A stretch of 64,000 nucleotides of DNA from Octopus sinensis (taxonomy: Eukaryota): assembly GCF_006345805.1 (NCBI RefSeq), contig NC_042997.1, positions 130,758,001-130,822,000 on the forward strand, written 5' to 3'. A program made the position numbers and the translations under genes. Below the pieces are notes generated by a model that searched no databases, had not been told where the DNA came from, and saw nothing but the letters and a program-made list of their open reading frames with translations. This document shows positions 59,630 through 64,000 of this stretch, piece after piece; positions within the stretch are counted from its first letter, which is position 1; each line of letters begins with the position of its first letter.

Positions 59630-61158
59630 TATGTATGTGTGCGTGTCTTTGTATTGTGTTTGTCTCCCGTCACAGTTTGATAACTGGTGCTGGTTTATTT
59701 ATGTTACTATAACCAAGCGGTTCAGCGGGAAAGACCAACAGAAAATATACCAGACCTAAAATAAGTACTAGGGTAGTTTTATTCGACTAAACCCTGTAAG
59801 ACGATATCCAGCATGGCTGCAGTTCAATGAGTGGAACAAGTAAAAAATGTAAGAAAGATGTGCTGGTGTAATATTTATGTTTTCTAGCCAAAAAGTTGGC
59901 GAAATGAAAGATGTTCAGATCTTTGACTTAATTGTCTTTGTAAAATTTTCTAGTTGTTGTGTAACCCCTTGTCAGCTCTTATCGAACAGCCTACGGCATA
60001 CGAGTAGTCAGCAAAACAAGGCATGACCTACAGATCTTATATTTCCAACAATAGCTGAGGATACTGCTTGTTTGTTTGTTTGTTTGTTGAGCGAAGCGGT
60101 CTTCGTCCCCTTGTGGGAGAAGTCCGAAACGCGGTCCTTTGCTATTCGTAAGTCCCGCAGAAGAGAAAGCAGGTCACCCCCGACACCGAGAGCATGGACG
60201 GATGGCTGAATGCGCATCCAGGCTCAGCGGTTGCGTAGGAAGTCGGGGATAAGAAACAGGAAAAAAGAGTGAGCTCGTGGAGCTTTAGATGTTTTCGCTC
60301 AATAAACACACACAACGCCCGGTCTGGGAATCGAAACCGCGAGTCCGCTGCCCTAACCACTGGGCCATTGCGTCTCCTGGGGATGCTGCTGCACAATCTG
60401 CAAAACACTGATGAATTGTAAGAGGTACAGTGTGAGAGTTTGGATATGTTGCAATTTCTCTATTATCCAGTTTTATTCCTGTATAGTTTCAGATCCTGAT
60501 GATGGCTACGTGAAGGAATGCATGGTAGACTTAGAGTGAGATACTTCAAAATGAGTTGAATAAAGTTTGTTCTACTTTCCTTTCACTTTGCAAGTTTATT
60601 CACATCAAAACGGACAAACTTTTCGAACTTGCAAATTTTTATGCTGAGACATCTTTGTCAAAAACTTCATTAAAATTTTAGTCACCGTGTACGGTTACGC
60701 CATTCCTTATGATCAGTACAGTACCTGAAAAAACACATTTGACGATCTAATTAAACATTTTTCTTATTGAAACTAAGTCCGGGACTGAGATGGCTATGAT
60801 GCTACCATTGCTATTATAAAAATCTTCCTGAAGCAAGCAATGAAGTCTACAGCAGGCTGCTTAGCAACAAGATGCACCAACCACAAGATATTGATCGTTT
60901 TGTTCACGCCCTTCAAGCTAACGAACATATGATATTTCTCAATTACAGGGAGACATTCGTTTGAGATTTCTCGAAAATTCTTTACACAACTAAGCTAAAA
61001 CTCTTGACTCTGCAAAAATACCCGCTATTGAGTAGGAAATTCCGTCAGTCAATGTTATCTAACTTTCTCGGGAATTGGAAGCTGAAGGCGAATGTTTGTA
61101 AGATGTAAAATATTTCATACAATCATGGATAACGACAGTACGAAATATGGCAAACGTA

Positions 61159-61637
61159 CCGTAAATCTTCGAGTATAGTCCGCCCTTGAGTGTAATACGT
61201 AAGGGTTTTTAGGGGGCTGTATCTCTGAAAATCCTAAACCTTGTGTATAATACGCACCCCTTCTCTAACTTGAGTCAAGGAGGGCTATATAACGTCCTTG
61301 GCTTGTAAAAATGTATACGGTAACGTCCTGTATTATTATTGTATATATAACATAATGCAAACGTGTAGCTTTTTTGTGCATTTTGTTTGCAGAAAATAAA
61401 GAAATAACACTAATAACGTTTAATAAATGTTGCTAACTGCAAGTTATGGATAATTTAAGGTATTTTCGCGCCCGACATCACAAAATGCGTCTGAATAAAC
61501 ATTGCCGGACAGCAAATAGAGACTCGGACATAGCTTAGAAAATAATTTTCATTTTTAACCTCGTATATAGTACGTACTAGGGATTTTGACCTTTAAATTT
61601 TGGGGAAAAAGTGCGGATTATACTCAAGGATTTACGG
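61159..61637. mobile_element. Tc2/pogo-like MITE; partial second copy at about 42420-42722
   Basis: TIRs TA|CCGTAAATCTTCGAGTATAGTCCGC and GCGGATTATACTCAAGGATTTACGG. The second copy ends ...GATTTACGG|TA. Confidence 0.75.
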
Positions 61638-62299
61638 AAGTCAGAATTAGAAAAGTAGAGCAGCAAAAGAGGGAATGTGCTATTTAATTATGATATTTCA
61701 CGTTATGAGTTCAAGTGCCTCCGAAATCGACTTCATTTTAATCCTCTGGGATCAGTTATAATAAAATATCAGTCAAATATTTGAGTTGATTTAATTGAAT
61801 ATACTCTCCCGCGTAATTTATATAGCCTTGTGTTAATTGTAAAAAAATCACGAAAATTTTGAACTCTAACTGAAATATTTGTTTACTTTACAAGGAAACT
61901 ATTCCTTAGTCAGAAATATCAAGTTAAATAGAATTTATTTAAACTGTTTATTGTTTTGATGTCATCTCATATTCGGAAAGATAAGTATCTATAAGTGCTG
62001 AAGTACAGGATATGAGAGTAATCCGTAAAATATACTGAAGAGTTGTCGGTTTAAGGACTCTCAGATGTAGGTTTGGCCAAATATCAGAACATGGAAATAC
62101 TTTTTAAAAACTACAGATAAAGCTTTCTCTTTATTTTGAGTGTGTGTGTGCGCGCATATATGCATGTATGCATATTAACCTGCATTTGTGGATCTACTGA
62201 ACTATGCATGTGTTTTTTCCCCCTTATATTCTTTAGAATTCTTATCTGAAAGAAGGCGCTGGTTTCTAATAAAGAAACTAAAGCTCTAGTGTGGGAATT

Positions 62300-62635
62300 T
62301 TGGATCCGTCCAAAATGTGACAGCAGCTGTTCCACATAACCCCACAAGTCAGCAATGCCCGCACACTGAACGAGGGCGCGCAGAACGGTTTCGTCATTCT
62401 GTGCGCATCTCGAACAAGTCCGCCTGACAGGACATTCGCGTCTGTAGAGCTTATCTCAAACCGGTAGCGCCCCCCGGTAGCACTGCCAGGCCAAGGACAT
62501 CTGGAAATTATCCATGATAGTTCCCGACCGGAAAGTCCTCCGGAATAGACTAACCAATTCCATCTCGTCGGCGCCCAGAGTCTCCCCGAGAACGCCGTCG
62601 CACTTCCCCGCCACTTGAGGATTAGTGGCGGGGAA
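62300..62635 (-). mobile_element. L1/Tx1-clade LINE relic, C-terminal zf-RVT region
   Basis: The - strand reads SLAWQCYRGALPV*DKLYRR...TCSRCAQNDETVLRALVQCAGIADLW (C-x2-C...H/R-x4-C...W). The in-frame TGA is consistent with CGA CpG decay. Confidence 0.8.
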
Positions 62636-62933
62636 ATACAATAATAATAATAATAATAATAACAATCCTTTCTACTATAAGCATATTACCTGAAATTTTT
62701 GGGGAGGAGACTAGTCGATTACATCGATCCCAGTGGTTCACTGGCACTTAATTTATCGATTCCGAAAGGACGAAAGGCAAAATCGACCTCGACGGAATTT
62801 GAACTCAGAATGTAAAGACGGACGAAATACCGCTAAGCATTGTGCCCGGCGTGCTTTCGATTCTGCCTGCTCGCTGCCTTAATAATAATAATAATAATTA
62901 TTATTATTATTACTATTATTATTATTATTATTA

Positions 62934-62967
<34 letters not shown>

Positions 62968-63009
62968 TAGTTTTATTTTTATAGCGTGCTTTCACTTCAC
63001 TGACCATTT

Positions 63010-63175
63010 ATACAGATGGGGGAAGAGCATATACCACAGCAGGAGCTTTTTTTATGGCGAGCTATCTGTTGGGAAGCGAAAGCAGTGCAAACGAACAGTA
63101 CAGTATAATGCTTTGTTAAAAACCAATCTTGGAGAGTTGAATATACCATACAAATTTGCTGAACCCAAAAGATCT
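63010..63175 (+). mobile_element. RTE-BovB-like LINE C-terminal relic
   Basis: FFYGELSVGKRKQCKRTVQYNALLKTNLGELNI resembles LYGEL..GKR..G.....YKD.LK..L...I. Confidence 0.55.
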
Positions 63176-64000
63176 GGTCTGGGATAAAATATTTTGAAGA
63201 TAAGAAACAAAAGGATGCAAAAATGAAAAGAGAACAACAGGAAAATAACACCTTGCAAAACACAGAAATATTGTCATTCCGTTGCTCAACGCGTTTCTAA
63301 GGCAGACCTAACTTCACATCTTAGAACTCATCTTCATGCATTTGACTCAAGTGACACAAAAATTATTCCAGCATACGCGCGTTATCGATATTGATAAACA
63401 AACATAGCAGACGCACGCCGCATACACACACACACACATATATTCAGATACATACACACGTACACTTGCACACACACACACACACACACACTCTGTCACA
63501 CACACACACTCTCTCTCTCTCTCTCTCTCAAACACATGCATATACATTTGCACAAGCACATAGTAATTAATATATAAGCGTACACATACATACAAACGGA
63601 GATATACATACACACACATACGCACACAAGCATACATACACGTTCGTGAGTTCGCACTGGTGTCGATAGAATCGACTTAATACTTTTTGTATCTCATGCT
63701 TTGTCCCCTCTGTGTTTTGCCTCTTGCCGCAACAAATTTACACAAAAGGTAAATAAACCAGAAGGGGGGGGGGAGTCAATGTTTCATCGCTTCGGGGTGG
63801 GTCGATAAATTAAGTACCAATTACGCACTAGTGTCGAGGATTTTTTTCCCAATTCATATCACAGCCTCCGACAAGCTGGGGCATCCTTTTATGAAAAAAT
63901 ATTTCGCAAATTTTTACAATACGACTCACACTCCACGCGCAAACTCTAGACCGCTTTAGGCATATTATTGTTTTGTTTTTGTTGTTTCTGCCCCTTCAAA

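Larger units (their letters stand above)
7868..59845. mobile_element. tRNA-headed SINE family A (~400 bp, internal TA/TG microsatellite, AAAAGAGT tail). Approximate loci: 7868-8262+, 14585-14965+, 15065-15300+, 21787-22235+, 25848-26255+, 28080-28435+, 28959-29345+, 36781-37505+ (interrupted), 37597-38000+, 38176-38580-, 44468-44870+, 45070-45500-, 49465-49620+, 51175-51390+, 56085-56260+, 58540-59845+ (interrupted)
   Basis: Head GGCGCAGGAGTGGCTGTGTGGTAAG (A box) ... GGTTCAGTCCC (B box), then CORE-like CCTTGGGCAAGTGTCTT. Many near-identical copies. It resembles the described octopus tRNA/CORE SINEs; the exact family name was not verified. Confidence 0.9.
640..63640. repeat. Abundant microsatellites: (CA/TG)n, (GA)n, (TA)n, (TAT)n, (GAT)n. 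Examples: 640-740, 1159-1226, 2419-2500, 15335-15380, 21950-22025, 45560-45590, 62880-62965, 63420-63530
   Basis: Directly visible simple repeats. They generate most of the low-complexity ORFs in the track. Confidence 0.95.
11945..63830. mobile_element. tRNA-headed SINE family B (~220 bp). Approximate loci: 12325-12630-, 13805-14020+, 20385-20625-, 25078-25290-, 29575-30010+, 30800-31030+, 31660-31870+, 51660-51880+, 56350-56585-, 62665-62880-
   Basis: Repeated GGCGAGCTGGCAGAAACGTTAGCA...GAGTTCAAATTCCGCCGAGGTCGACTTTGCCTTTCATCCTTTCGGGGTCGATAAATTAAGTACCAG. Confidence 0.88.

Noticed and set aside
62456-62458. Selenocysteine or read-through TGA, or a bacterial HGT island, in the GC-rich 62300-62640 segment
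   Set aside because: The flanking translation is an L1/Tx1 zf-RVT region, and the TGA is best explained as CGA>TGA decay.
590-63637. Most ORFs in the supplied track (e.g. 590..775, 21907..22206, 45138..45458, 62840..63187, 63347..63637)
   Set aside because: They are translations of microsatellites or SINE/LINE UTRs ([16 protein letters not shown] and IIII runs) that recur in every repeat copy, with no protein-family signal.

Overview
AT-rich, microsatellite- and transposon-dense eukaryotic DNA. The SINE/LINE families look like those of an octopod cephalopod (Octopus sp.); that assignment is inferred, not checked. The main feature is one complete, intact aminoacylase-1 gene (ACY1, peptidase M20A) on the + strand: 16 coding exons from 10970 to 53532, all with GT-AG introns, 1221 nt and 406 aa, with all Zn-ligand and catalytic motifs recognisable. 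A probable first coding exon of a divergently transcribed, unidentified gene lies on the - strand at 170-268. Almost everything else is mobile-element derived: at least four tRNA-headed SINE families, many 3' ends of an RTE-type LINE, CR1/L2, R4/Dong-like, L1/Tx1 and RTE-BovB relics, two mariner relics, several non-autonomous Helitrons and palindromic MITEs. The supplied ORF track is almost entirely spurious. The most interesting observations are: (1) a tRNA-box-headed SINE carrying a minimal type-I hammerhead ribozyme, with a second decayed copy; (2) an expandable array of ~65-bp double-hairpin units with variable loops in the RTE 3'UTR; (3) CR1 3' ends flanked twice by 140-160-bp direct duplications; (4) many long intronic hairpins that are candidate ADAR substrates; (5) a 39-bp in-frame minisatellite behind a cryptic acceptor in ACY1 intron 12; (6) a fold-back structure at 1.2-2.4 kb that may be an assembly artefact. 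All coordinates were counted by hand. Exon boundaries are exact; repeat boundaries are approximate.
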